Below, one piece after another: positions 26,507 to 36,603 of a stretch of 64,000 nt of DNA; position 1 is the stretch's first letter, and each line of letters begins with the position of its first letter. The notes under the pieces are model-generated. The model had not been told where the DNA came from. It ran no database searches and saw only the letters and a list, made by a program, of their open reading frames with translations. A program made the translations under genes and the position numbers. Source of the DNA: Candidatus Woesearchaeota archaeon (GTDB taxonomy: Archaea; Nanobdellota; Nanobdellia; Woesearchaeales; ARS49); assembly GCA_038884975.1 (NCBI GenBank), contig JAWAAW010000001.1:18476-82475 (forward strand), written 5' to 3'.

Positions 26507-28905
26507 AATTCTATTGTAACTTTTATTTTCGGCGCGATTTCCTCAAGCGCTTTGCCTTTCTCGATTACAGCAGCACAAGATGTTGCCTTAAGGTCTGCAA
26601 GCGCTGGCAAAATATCAACCTCACTCTCATAAACAATTCTCTTAACAGGCGCCTTTATTGAAAGCTTGTTCTCTGATTTCTTCTTTCGCACAGCTGCAAG
26701 AATTGCAACAACCACCACTCCAACTTTGCTTGCTTCCTCGCACTTCTTTGGAACATCAGGCCATGACGAAACATGAACGCTTGGGAACCCCTCGTGAGCG
26801 TGCAAGTACTTGTGATAAACTTCTTCAGTTATAAAAGGCGTGAAAGGGGCGAACAAGCGGACAAGCGCGCTCAGGCATTTTGCAATAACCACCTGCGCGC
26901 TTTCCTTTTCTTCAGGCTTCCTTGGCTCGTACAACCTTTGCTTTGAAAGCTCAAGATAATTATCGCAAAAATCATCCCAAAAGAATTTCTCAATAACCTC
27001 CTTGGCACGCGAGTATTCATAAGCATCAAAATGACGTGTTGCCTCCTCAATTGTTACTGCAAGCCTGTGCTGAATCCACTTATCAATAATTTCTGTCGGT
27101 TCCTTCTTTGACAATTTCTTAAGGTCGGCATCCTTTAGGTGCATTGCAGAAAATTTTGCAGCATTCCAGAATTTCGTGACGAACTTATCGCCTGTAATAA
27201 TTTCCTTTTCCTGATACGCAATGTCCTCTCCAAGTTTGCTCGATCCAGCCCAATAACGCAAGGCGTCAGCACTGTATTTTGCAAGGATTGCCTGAGGCTC
27301 TATCACGTTTCCCTTGCTCTTGCTCATCTTTTCACCGAGTGGGTCAGTGACATACCCTGAAAGAACCACATCCTTCCACGGGTTGCACTTGTAATGCAAA
27401 CGGCTCTTGACAAGAGTGTTGAAAAGCCAGAAAGAAATAATCTCGTGAGCCTGAGGCCTTAAAGACATGGGGTAAAGCTTTTTGCGATATTTTTCAGGAA
27501 CAAGCTGAACAGACAATTGTGGAGTCATGCTTGATGTTGCCCACGTGTCCAAAACATCCTTTTCTGGAACAAACTTGTCGTTCTTGCACTTCGGACAGGC
27601 CTTTTTAGGAGGCTTGTCCCTCAATGGATCAACAGGAAGCTTTTTTTCATCAGCAAAAACAGGCTCATCACACTTTGAGCAGTACCAGACAGGGAAAGGA
27701 ACACCGAAAAACCTCTGTCTTGATATGAGCCAGTCCCACTGCAGGCCCTTCACCCAATTATCATACCTGTGCTTCATGAATTCAGGATGCCACTTGAGCT
27801 CAGCACCCCATCTTAACAAGTCCTCTTTCAAATCAAGATATCTAATGAACCACTGCTTGCTGTTTATGATTTCAATTTCTGTCCCGCAACGCTCATGAAC
27901 CTTGACCTCGTGAGTGATTGGCTTTTGTGCTTTAAGCAACCCTGCTGCTTTCAAGTCTTCAATTATTGCCTTTCTCGCCTTGTGCAACGACATTCCCTTG
28001 TACTTGCCGGCAATTTCAGTCATGCCACCATTTTTGTCAATCGCCTGTTTCAATGGCAGTTTGTGCGCAAGATACCAAGCAATGTCTGTTGTGTCACCAA
28101 ATGTGCAACACATCACAATCCCTGTGCCTTTTGCAGGGTCTGCACGTTCATCAGCAATTATGGGAACCTCAAAATCAAACAATGGAACCTTTGCCTTCTT
28201 GCCAAACAAGTCCTTGTATCTCGCATCAGTCGGGTGTGCAAAAACTGCGACGCAGGCAGGTAAAAGCTCAGGTCGTGTTGTTGCAATGAGCACGTCCTTT
28301 CCGTCAACCTTGAAAACAACATCATTGAAGGTGCTGTTCTTTTCTTCATCCCTACATTCAACCTGCGAGATTGCGGTACCACAAAGCGGGCACCACAATG
28401 CAGGAGCCTCCTTACGGTAAACCCTGCCTTGATTGACCAAATCAAGAAATGACCATTGAGAAATCCGTCTACAATGCTCATTTATCGTGCTGTAAAAAAG
28501 ACTGAAGTCACAACTCATTCCAATGCGCTTCCAATCCGCAACAAAAGCAGGCCTTATCTCCTTAAGCGTGTCCTCGCAAAGCTTGATGAATTCCTGCCTT
28601 TCCATAGCCGCGCCCTTGACGTTCTTCAGTTTCTCAACAAGGCGCTCTGTCGGAAGCCCATTGTCATCAGTTCCAAACGGATAAAAGACATTGAATCCTC
28701 TCAAACGCTTGTAACGGACAAAAATGTCCTGCTGGGCATAGCTGAATGCATGACCTATGTGCATCTTGCCAGAAACAGTCGGCGGAGGGGTATCCACGCT
28801 AAAGACTTCACCCTTCGCTTCAGGATTAAAGGCAAATATTTTCTCTTTTTCCCAATACTGTACCCACTTGGGCTCCTCAACCTTTGCGTCATAACGCTCT
28901 GCCAT
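26503..28905 (-). CDS. valS: Valyl-tRNA synthetase (archaeal-like type)
   Basis: TPPPTVSGKMHIGHAFSY (HIGH region), FGTDDNGLPTE and KMSKSKGN. Confidence 0.8.
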   Translation of the reverse strand: MAERYDAKVEEPKWVQYWEKEKIFAFNPEAKGEVFSVDTPPPTVSGKMHIGHAFSYAQQDIFVRYKRLRGFNVFYPFGTDDNGLPTERLVEKLKNVKGAAMERQEFIKLCEDTLKEIRPAFVADWKRIGMSCDFSLFYSTINEHCRRISQWSFLDLVNQGRVYRKEAPALWCPLCGTAISQVECRDEEKNSTFNDVVFKVDGKDVLIATTRPELLPACVAVFAHPTDARYKDLFGKKAKVPLFDFEVPIIADERADPAKGTGIVMCCTFGDTTDIAWYLAHKLPLKQAIDKNGGMTEIAGKYKGMSLHKARKAIIEDLKAAGLLKAQKPITHEVKVHERCGTEIEIINSKQWFIRYLDLKEDLLRWGAELKWHPEFMKHRYDNWVKGLQWDWLISRQRFFGVPFPVWYCSKCDEPVFADEKKLPVDPLRDKPPKKACPKCKNDKFVPEKDVLDTWATSSMTPQLSVQLVPEKYRKKLYPMSLRPQAHEIISFWLFNTLVKSRLHYKCNPWKDVVLSGYVTDPLGEKMSKSKGNVIEPQAILAKYSADALRYWAGSSKLGEDIAYQEKEIITGDKFVTKFWNAAKFSAMHLKDADLKKLSKKEPTEIIDKWIQHRLAVTIEEATRHFDAYEYSRAKEVIEKFFWDDFCDNYLELSKQRLYEPRKPEEKESAQVVIAKCLSALVRLFAPFTPFITEEVYHKYLHAHEGFPSVHVSSWPDVPKKCEEASKVGVVVVAILAAVRKKKSENKLSIKAPVKRIVYESEVDILPALADLKATSCAAVIEKGKALEEIAPKIKVTIEF

Positions 28906-28944
28906 AATGCAAAAAAACAGCCGATGTATTTAAAAACGTTATGC

Positions 28945-29385
28945 CTACCTTGCGCTTCTTTCTCGCCTCAAAAAGTCGCCAATGTCATAATAGTTCTTTA
29001 TGCCTTTGCCGTCAAACAAGCCATAACCAATGCATTCATTACGCTGTGTGAGCACAAGTACAAGTTCCCCTTCCTTCGCCTCATTCTTCACAATGCTTTC
29101 TGCGAGCGCAGGGCGCTTACATACAAACATCCAAGCGCCCTTTTCATTAAGCCATGCCTTTTTTGCATTACTTCTTGCAAGCATTCGAAGCAAGTCAAGC
29201 GAGGGTTTTGCAGCATTGTCCTGAAACCTTCCAAGATATTTTCCTGCATAAAGGGGCGGAAGCTTTATTTTGTTAAGAAAAGATGAAAGTTCAGGAGAAA
29301 GAATAAAAAAATCATTACCAATCCTTCTGATCAGGGCATCATCAAACAGTTTTTGTTTGGTGAACTGTGTAATGAACCTTTTCAT
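28945..29385 (-). CDS. NIP7-like PUA-domain protein
   Basis: C-terminal PUA pattern ELVLVLTQRNECIGYGLFDG...KNYYDIGDFLRRE. ATGA overlap with the NSUN methyltransferase gene. Confidence 0.55.
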   Translation of the reverse strand: MKRFITQFTKQKLFDDALIRRIGNDFFILSPELSSFLNKIKLPPLYAGKYLGRFQDNAAKPSLDLLRMLARSNAKKAWLNEKGAWMFVCKRPALAESIVKNEAKEGELVLVLTQRNECIGYGLFDGKGIKNYYDIGDFLRRERSAR

Positions 29386-30275
29386 GTTTTCCTCACCTTT
29401 GCTATGAAAAACCCTTCTGTTCCTGTCTTGTGAGGCCAGAAGCGCCTGCAGTTAGCAATTGAACCGTGCAATCTTCTTCCAAACACATCAGTAAGGCCCC
29501 GGTCACCAACATTTACACAAACGGGCTCAAGATTCACATCATAATTCTCAATCAACCACTGCATGTTCAGCTCGTTTTCTTCCGGCTCAAGCGTGCAAGT
29601 GCTGTAAACAAGCACTCCTCCGGGTTTAAGGACACTGATTGCTGCCTTCAACAAGCCACGCTGAAACTTAGCACTTTTCATTATGTCATTAATTTTCCGC
29701 TTTGAAAACCATCCCTTATCCGAGGCATAATTTCCAGAACACGGCGCGTCAAGAAGGACTTTATCAAACATTATTCCAAGCTTTTCTGCCTTCACAGCAT
29801 CAAGATGATAAACAACACAGTTTGAAACTCCGAGCCGCTCAAGATTGTTGCGCAAAGAAAGTAGACGGTGCGACTTCTTTTCCAACGCGATTATTGCGCC
29901 CTTGTTCTGCACATGTTGGGCAAGCTGAGTTGTTTTCCCGCCAGGAGCAGCACAGCAATCAAGAACAACATCTCCAGGCATTGGGTCAAGTATTTCAACA
30001 GGCAACTGCGCAGCGGCTTCCTGCAAGTAATAATAGCCGAGAAGGAATTCAATAGTTGCCCCTAGCGAGAATTTAGAGCGCTCAATCCGGTAACCATGAG
30101 TCAACCAGGGAATCTTTGAAAGACTGACGCCGAGGGAATGCAGGCGGTTGACAAGGACATCCTCTTGAATCCTCAAAGTATTGACCCTCAGAGCAGGCTT
30201 CAGTTCAATCTTTTCAGGAACAGTCTCGCCAAGCCTTGAATATCTGTCAAGAAAAAAATTCACGCTCGCTTCCAT
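29382..30275 (-). CDS. NOL1/NOP2/Sun-family RNA cytosine-C5 methyltransferase
   Basis: SAM motif DCCAAPGGKT; catalytic DAPCSGN and YSTCTLEPEENE. Confidence 0.85.
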   Translation of the reverse strand: MEASVNFFLDRYSRLGETVPEKIELKPALRVNTLRIQEDVLVNRLHSLGVSLSKIPWLTHGYRIERSKFSLGATIEFLLGYYYLQEAAAQLPVEILDPMPGDVVLDCCAAPGGKTTQLAQHVQNKGAIIALEKKSHRLLSLRNNLERLGVSNCVVYHLDAVKAEKLGIMFDKVLLDAPCSGNYASDKGWFSKRKINDIMKSAKFQRGLLKAAISVLKPGGVLVYSTCTLEPEENELNMQWLIENYDVNLEPVCVNVGDRGLTDVFGRRLHGSIANCRRFWPHKTGTEGFFIAKVRKT

Positions 30276-31660
30276 CTAACACCCTGCGGCAAATCCTCAA
30301 GGATAATACCCTTTTCCTTCAGCTTCTCACGCAATTCATCTGCCTTTCTCCATTGTTTTGCCTTTCTTGCCTCTTCGCGCTCATCAATCAGCTTTTGCAG
30401 TTCATCAGGAAGCGTTTCTTCCTTCCTTTTAAGAATGCCAAGCACCTTGTCAACATCCTCAAAAGCCCCTCTTAACACTCTCCCGTCTTCTGCACTCAAG
30501 GAATTATTTGCAATCATCAAATTGACATCCTTTACAAATTCAAACAAAGCAGCAAGTGCGGGAGAAATGTCAAGATCATTGTCCATTGCATCAGTGAATT
30601 CCCTCTTAAGCCTCTCAATGCGTTTATGCACTTCAGGATTGTGCTTTGGCGAATTCACGATGCCGAGTTTGTCATAACAGTCATAGATTCTCTGCAATGA
30701 TTGCTTTGCTGCATCAATGCCTGCAAAAGTGAAATTAAGCTGCTGCCTGTAGTGCGTACTAAGCAGAAGATAACGTATTGCCAATGGGTCATAACCCTTT
30801 GCAAGAACATCCCTAAAAGTGTAAAAATTGCCAAGACTTTTTGACATTTTCTTTCCATCAACAAGCAGCCATTCGTTGTGCATCCAGAATTTGACAAACT
30901 GCTTTCCTGTGACCCCTTCGCTCTGCGCAATTTCATTCTGGTGATGGGGAAAGATAAGATCAACGCCACCCGTATGAATGTCAAACTGCTCTCCAAGATA
31001 TTTCATGCTCATTGCCGAACACTCGATATGCCACCCAGGCCTACCCTTGCCAATTTCAGTTTCCCAGAACACAACACCATCCTCAGGAGTCCAGAATTTC
31101 CACAAGGCAAAGTCATGCGCATTCTCCTTTGCATACTCATCAGCCTTTACGCGACCTGAAGCGCCACTTTCAAGCTCTTCGAGTTTTATATGCGCGAGCT
31201 TGCCATAATTCTTGAATTTATTGATGCTATAATAAATGCCATCGTCGCTTTTATAAGCAAGCCCCTTGTCAAGCAATTTCTTTATCAGCGCAACCATTTC
31301 ATTTATGTGTTCTGTCGCCCTAGGAAAAATATCAGCAGGCAGAATGTTCAAAGTTTCAAGATCCTCAAAAAAAGCATTCTCGTACTTTTGCGTGAATTCC
31401 TTGAGGGAAATCTTTTCCTTCTGCGAGTCCCGTATAGTCTTGTCATCAACATCAGTAATATTCATTACGTGAGTGACATCAAATCCTTTGTACCTGAGGT
31501 AACGCTTCAAAATGTCGCTGAACACATAAGCCCTGTAATTCCCAATGTGTGGATAATTGTAGACGGTGGGACCACAGGTATAAATACCTATCTTTGGTGC
31601 TTTTAAAGGAACAAACTCCTCTTTCTTCCTTTTCAAAGTGTTGTATAACTTCAACGCCAT
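30260..31660 (-). CDS. cysS: Cysteinyl-tRNA synthetase
   Basis: CGPTVYNYPHIGN (HIGH region) and KMSKSLGN. Confidence 0.9.
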   Translation of the reverse strand: MALKLYNTLKRKKEEFVPLKAPKIGIYTCGPTVYNYPHIGNYRAYVFSDILKRYLRYKGFDVTHVMNITDVDDKTIRDSQKEKISLKEFTQKYENAFFEDLETLNILPADIFPRATEHINEMVALIKKLLDKGLAYKSDDGIYYSINKFKNYGKLAHIKLEELESGASGRVKADEYAKENAHDFALWKFWTPEDGVVFWETEIGKGRPGWHIECSAMSMKYLGEQFDIHTGGVDLIFPHHQNEIAQSEGVTGKQFVKFWMHNEWLLVDGKKMSKSLGNFYTFRDVLAKGYDPLAIRYLLLSTHYRQQLNFTFAGIDAAKQSLQRIYDCYDKLGIVNSPKHNPEVHKRIERLKREFTDAMDNDLDISPALAALFEFVKDVNLMIANNSLSAEDGRVLRGAFEDVDKVLGILKRKEETLPDELQKLIDEREEARKAKQWRKADELREKLKEKGIILEDLPQGVRWKRA

Positions 31661-31699
31661 GGCAAGAAAATCACTGTGTTGGATTTATATATCTTATGC

Positions 31700-33511
31700 C
31701 TACTGTGGTTGTTCCTTCTTCGGGGCTGACTTTGCAAGGTATTTAAGGAATAACTTGTTCTTCATGCCATAATAAACCACAAGGACGAGCAAAATGCTGA
31801 CTGCGGCAAATAATGCAAGAAGCACAAGACCTGCCCAAATTTCTGCAAAGGACGCATTGAACACTATTGTCCTCCTGAGCAGGTTAATGCCGATCACCAA
31901 GGGGTTATACTCCGCAATTTGCATAACGACCGCAGGCATGCTTTCAATCGGTATTATTATATCAGAGATGAACAAAAAGATGCTTCCAAGAGCCATCGCT
32001 GCAAGCATAGCGGTCTCCTCGGAATTGAACATATAGCCGATAATCATCCCAAGACAAGTATAAAGCACAATCATCAGTGCAAGCACAAGAGCAGCGTATG
32101 CAAATGCACTGAATATCTGCGTGAAGAATATGCCTGCAATTGCAAGAATAATCACCAACTGAACGACAAGCAAAAACGCAGTAGTCACAAAGATAGAGCT
32201 TATGAAAACAACATCACCTGTTGGAGTCATGAAATTCCTGAAGTAAGCCGGCGAATTGCGCTCAAACAAAATCAAGGTTGGCGCAAGAAGGAGTGCACTA
32301 AAAAGCATTACGAGTGCAATGAGTGTTGGAAAGAGGTAGTTCAAGTAGCTTCTTTCTGCAACAACAGGCACGATTGTGGTCTGAACCGGCTGGACTATTG
32401 CCTGCGGATCAGTAACAGGTATTGCGCCAATCACCTTCTCAATTTCGTTCAAGGACTTCTGAATTGTAAGGATGTTGAGCAATGCCTGGTCAAGAAGTTT
32501 TGTAATTGTGTTAAGTTCATCAAGCGTGAAACCCTTAGCATTCTCAGCAAGGTCAATCTGTGATTTTGTCTGGGTAATCCTGCCAGCAAGATGGTCTATC
32601 AAACTGCTTAGACGGGAATATTCCTGATCAACAACTTCGCTGGTTGTTTGCAGTCGTTCCTCTATTTGCCCAATGTCATCAAGGCTTGCCTGCAATGATG
32701 CTGCAAGACTGTTTGAGACTTGCGAACCTGCAGAGCTCTTCTTGACAAGGTCATCAACAACATTGATGAAGTGTTTTGCCTCGGCAAGCGAACTCCTACC
32801 AAGATTGAGCGAATTATCAACCCAGTGCTTGACTATTGTCTTTGCACTAGTAAGGTTTGAAATGCCGAACTCGCCAGGATCAAGGCTTAGCTCAATTTCC
32901 AAAAGCTCTGCCTGAATGTTGCCAACGCGTTGCCCAATCTCGTCATTCTGTGTAGTCAAGGCAACAAGATTCTGCTTCCTGTCCTTTACTGCCTTCCTTG
33001 TAAAGTCTACAGCCTGCACAAGAACGGAGGTAAGGTTCCTGCTAAGCTCTGTCGCACGCGCAGAAATGCTTGTCGTCATCACATTAAGTATTGTCCAAAC
33101 AAGGTTTATCTGCGAATAATCAACAGCAAACCGAATTTCGTTGGAACCGTTCTTCCCTATAGAAAAGTCAGGCGCGAACATAATGCACGTATGAATCTCG
33201 CCACGCCTTATTCCCTGCGTGCAGGTCTCTTCTGTCGGATACCTCGTTATCTTAAACTGCTTTTCAGCAAGCTTGTCAATGAATGAATTTGAAAGATCGT
33301 TGTAAGACTGCGAGTAAGTCCCTATTCTCACCGCATAAAGATTTGTGTTGTCAAACGCGAGCCCCGCAAGAAATATTATGAGCAAAGGACCAAGAATAAC
33401 CACTAGCGCGGAGGCCCTTGCTCTCAAAAGGAGCTTGAGATTTTTCTGTACCAAAACAAGCAAGTTCTCTATCCCTCTTTTGGTCCTCTCAGTGGAGTGT
33501 GTGGGTGTCAT
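31700..33511 (-). CDS. ABC-2-type transporter permease with large extracytoplasmic coiled-coil insert
   Basis: One N-terminal TM, a ~330-aa soluble helical region, then about five C-terminal TMs. 23-nt overlap with the ATPase gene. Confidence 0.65.
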   Translation of the reverse strand: MTPTHSTERTKRGIENLLVLVQKNLKLLLRARASALVVILGPLLIIFLAGLAFDNTNLYAVRIGTYSQSYNDLSNSFIDKLAEKQFKITRYPTEETCTQGIRRGEIHTCIMFAPDFSIGKNGSNEIRFAVDYSQINLVWTILNVMTTSISARATELSRNLTSVLVQAVDFTRKAVKDRKQNLVALTTQNDEIGQRVGNIQAELLEIELSLDPGEFGISNLTSAKTIVKHWVDNSLNLGRSSLAEAKHFINVVDDLVKKSSAGSQVSNSLAASLQASLDDIGQIEERLQTTSEVVDQEYSRLSSLIDHLAGRITQTKSQIDLAENAKGFTLDELNTITKLLDQALLNILTIQKSLNEIEKVIGAIPVTDPQAIVQPVQTTIVPVVAERSYLNYLFPTLIALVMLFSALLLAPTLILFERNSPAYFRNFMTPTGDVVFISSIFVTTAFLLVVQLVIILAIAGIFFTQIFSAFAYAALVLALMIVLYTCLGMIIGYMFNSEETAMLAAMALGSIFLFISDIIIPIESMPAVVMQIAEYNPLVIGINLLRRTIVFNASFAEIWAGLVLLALFAAVSILLVLVVYYGMKNKLFLKYLAKSAPKKEQPQ

Positions 33512-34610
33512 CTTTCACGAGCGATGCAAATACCTCTGCCATTGAAGGCCTGTCAACCCGCAGGTACGTGACAGAAATCTTGCTTTTAGCAAGGAAGGCA
33601 AGCAATTGCTTCAACGCCATACGCGGTTGAGAGGTCTGTGCAACAAAACAGCCATCCTTCTCTGCTGTTCTCGAGTAAATTTTACGGTTCCTGCTGCAGA
33701 ACGACTTTATCTTTTGATAATCATTTTTATCAGTCCTGAGGAAAATCTCGTAGTGCTTTGAATAAATGTCTCGCAATTGCGTTGTGGTTCCAACTTCAGT
33801 AATTTTATGGTTACGCAAAATCGCAATCCTGTTGCAATATTGCTCGAGTTCTGAAACAACGTGCGAGGCAACAATCACTGTGGTGCCCTGCCTGTTAATC
33901 TGCACCAAAAGCGCCCATATCTGGTCACGGATTATTGGGTCGAGGTCAGCTGTCGGCTCATCAAGTATGAGTATCGAAGGGTTGTGCACAATGGCGCAAG
34001 CAATATCAAGGCGCTTCTGCATCCCTCCGGAAAGGTTCTGGGCAAGCGTGTGCTGCGCCGATTCAAGACCTACAAGCTTCAAGAGGCCGTCACATTTTGA
34101 GATGCGCTCTGCTGGTGGGATATTGTAAAGTGCTGCAAAATGCTCAATATTCTCGCGTACAGTCAGTTTTCCATAAAAAGAAGGCACCTGTGCTGCAAAG
34201 CCGAACATCCTTTTTGCAGCATCCTTTGCATTAATCACTGAAACCTCTGTCTTGTCAGGAAGCTGCAGCAAGACCTCACCCTCATCCGGTTTTATGAAAC
34301 CAACAATTGTGTTAAGGAGTGTTGTCTTTCCAACCCCACTGAGCCCGATAATCCCAAAAAGTTCTCCTGGCGGAATGTCAAGGTCAACATGATCAAGAAC
34401 AACATTGTCCCCAAAGCGCTTCGTGACCCCTTTCAGCCTCACAAGAGCAGGGCCCTTGGGCAAAACAACCTCCTGCGCCTCGCAAAGATATTCGTCAACA
34501 ATCTCCTTGGGCCAGCCTGCGCTGACGAGGAGCTTTTCAAGGTCCTTTCGCTGAGCCCCTCTTGCAATTGCCTGCATTATGTGCTCCCGCAGGGCTAACG
34601 CCGTTGCCAT
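33489..34610 (-). CDS. ABC transporter ATP-binding protein with ~55-aa N-terminal helical extension
   Basis: Walker A GLSGVGKTT, signature LSGGMQKR and Walker B ILILDEPT. Confidence 0.85.
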   Translation of the reverse strand: MATALALREHIMQAIARGAQRKDLEKLLVSAGWPKEIVDEYLCEAQEVVLPKGPALVRLKGVTKRFGDNVVLDHVDLDIPPGELFGIIGLSGVGKTTLLNTIVGFIKPDEGEVLLQLPDKTEVSVINAKDAAKRMFGFAAQVPSFYGKLTVRENIEHFAALYNIPPAERISKCDGLLKLVGLESAQHTLAQNLSGGMQKRLDIACAIVHNPSILILDEPTADLDPIIRDQIWALLVQINRQGTTVIVASHVVSELEQYCNRIAILRNHKITEVGTTTQLRDIYSKHYEIFLRTDKNDYQKIKSFCSRNRKIYSRTAEKDGCFVAQTSQPRMALKQLLAFLAKSKISVTYLRVDRPSMAEVFASLVKDDTHTLH

Positions 34611-34729
34611 ACCTGAACCCGAGCCATTTTGTTTTAAAATATAATAGCACTACTCTTAAATAGTCACAGTCGCTGTTCACGAGTTAAAAAACGGAAATTT
34701 ATTTAAACGGACAAAAATGAGCCAATCTT

Positions 34730-35185
34730 ATGAATTGCGAAATGTGCGGAAAGGACGCAGAACTTTTTAACGCAGTGATTGAAGGAATCCAGCTACGCGT
34801 CTGTGCCCATTGTAGCAAATTCGGAAATGTGATTAAAAAAGTTGTTCCAAAAACGACAACCAAACCTGCAAAGGTCAAACAAGAACCAGTCGCTGTAGAA
34901 CAAGTAGTGAGCGATTATGCGCAAAGGATAAAAAATGCAAGGGAAAAACGCAATCTCACCCAGAAGGATTTTGCAAAGCTTGTGGCAGTCAAAGAATCGC
35001 TTATTCACAAGATAGAAACAGGGCATTTTGAGCCGCCAATAGAGCTGGCGCGCAAAATGGAAAAAATACTAAGAATTACACTCGTCGAAGTGCGCGAAGA
35101 AAATGCAGTTATGCCGCAAGAAAAAGGAGAAAAATATGTAGGAATGACAATAGGAGACATAATAAAAATAAAACAAAAATCTTAA
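34730..35185 (+). CDS. mbf1: Archaeal multiprotein bridging factor 1 (Zn-ribbon + XRE HTH)
   Basis: CEMCG...CAHC zinc ribbon followed by RNLTQKDFAKLVAVKESLIHKIETG (HTH). Confidence 0.8.
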   Translation: MNCEMCGKDAELFNAVIEGIQLRVCAHCSKFGNVIKKVVPKTTTKPAKVKQEPVAVEQVVSDYAQRIKNAREKRNLTQKDFAKLVAVKESLIHKIETGHFEPPIELARKMEKILRITLVEVREENAVMPQEKGEKYVGMTIGDIIKIKQKS

Positions 35186-36603
35186 CGAGCGTATATCGAA
35201 TACCAGCACCTGCCTGACTGGTCAAAGAAAACCTGTCTGAAATGCTCATTCAGGAAAAAACGCATTTTCTCAATCTCAACAGGACATTGCTTATCATCAG
35301 GCGAGCAAACAAGACCGCCTCCACAGTTGTCGAGCAGGACAGCCCCAACCTTTTCTGAATTCTGCGCAAGATACTTATTGAAATCAGTGGCAGTTTCCAT
35401 CCCATAAATCGGATAATATATCTTGCTGATTTTCTGATTGGTGAAAGCAGCAACGACCGGGTTGCTGGTCCAGATTTCACCATCAATCTTTCTATTCTCA
35501 AGCCAGCGGAAAAATCTTTCTGAAGCAAGGTCAGGAATTCTTGGCTCGTTGTTGTGATAAAAAAGGATTGCGTGCAAGGCAGAAACAACAAAAACAACAA
35601 CAATTGAAATTGCCCAGACATACTTCGCGATTTGTTTTTTATTCTCAAGCCAGCTTACACAAGCTTCAATGCCAAATCCTGCAAACAAGGCAACAAAAGG
35701 GAGAAAAATCACCAGATAGCGATAATCCCTGCAATGAAGCTGCACAAAATAAGCAAGAGGAAGAAGAAGCGAAAGCAAAGGCAACAAATACTGCTTTTTC
35801 CAGCCCTTAACAGCAGATATTATTCCAACAACGGCAAATGCATTAAGCACATTATCAAAGAGAATCCACCCAAAATACTGATACCACGGCTTGTAGCGCA
35901 AAATATTACAACCAACAACCATCAAAATACTCTTTTGCGCCTCAAGAATGGGCAAAAGCATTGAGCCGTACATCATTTGATTGAACATAAGAAAAGGAAT
36001 TGAGGGAATTGCAAAACCAATCAATAAATATGCCATTTGCTTCCAGCGCTTTTGAATAACAAGACAAATGCCAAGAACAAGAAGGAAGACCCCTGCAGGA
36101 AACTTCATAAGGAAAGCAAGACCTGCAAAAATCCCTGCCAAAAAATTTTTGCCTGAAATAAATGCAAATACTGCGGCAAGGACAAGTGTCACTTCAGGTA
36201 TTTCGGTGTACTCGTGAAAACCCAGATAAAAGACAATCGAGCTGAAAGCCCATAAAATGCTGGAGATGACTGCAGCACGCTTGGAAAATAGTTTTCGGGA
36301 AATCAAATAAACAAGAAGTATTGAAATTATTGAAAGCAAAAACTCAATAATCCTTGCAAACCACACAATGTCAAGCTTCAACCACCAACCAAAACCAATA
36401 ATCAAAGGCCAAAGAACAGGCCTTATCGGCTCCCACAATCCTGAAGTTCCACCCGACCACAAGTATTTAGCCATTCCAAAATAAACACCCGAATCCCACC
36501 AAACCTCATGCCAGTCAAACAAATAAATCAACCTGGCAAGAGCGGCAACAATAATTACAGAACAAACCAGCCAATGCTTTCGAAAGCAATGGATCACATT
36601 CAT
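35182..36603 (-). CDS. GT-C fold glycosyltransferase (PMT_2/ArnT-like)
   Basis: More than 10 TM segments. The N-terminal loop HEVWWDSGVYFGMAKYL is typical of the dolichyl-phosphate-sugar transferase family. ATGA overlap with the upstream gene. Confidence 0.6.
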   Translation of the reverse strand: MNVIHCFRKHWLVCSVIIVAALARLIYLFDWHEVWWDSGVYFGMAKYLWSGGTSGLWEPIRPVLWPLIIGFGWWLKLDIVWFARIIEFLLSIISILLVYLISRKLFSKRAAVISSILWAFSSIVFYLGFHEYTEIPEVTLVLAAVFAFISGKNFLAGIFAGLAFLMKFPAGVFLLVLGICLVIQKRWKQMAYLLIGFAIPSIPFLMFNQMMYGSMLLPILEAQKSILMVVGCNILRYKPWYQYFGWILFDNVLNAFAVVGIISAVKGWKKQYLLPLLSLLLPLAYFVQLHCRDYRYLVIFLPFVALFAGFGIEACVSWLENKKQIAKYVWAISIVVVFVVSALHAILFYHNNEPRIPDLASERFFRWLENRKIDGEIWTSNPVVAAFTNQKISKIYYPIYGMETATDFNKYLAQNSEKVGAVLLDNCGGGLVCSPDDKQCPVEIEKMRFFLNEHFRQVFFDQSGRCWYSIYAR

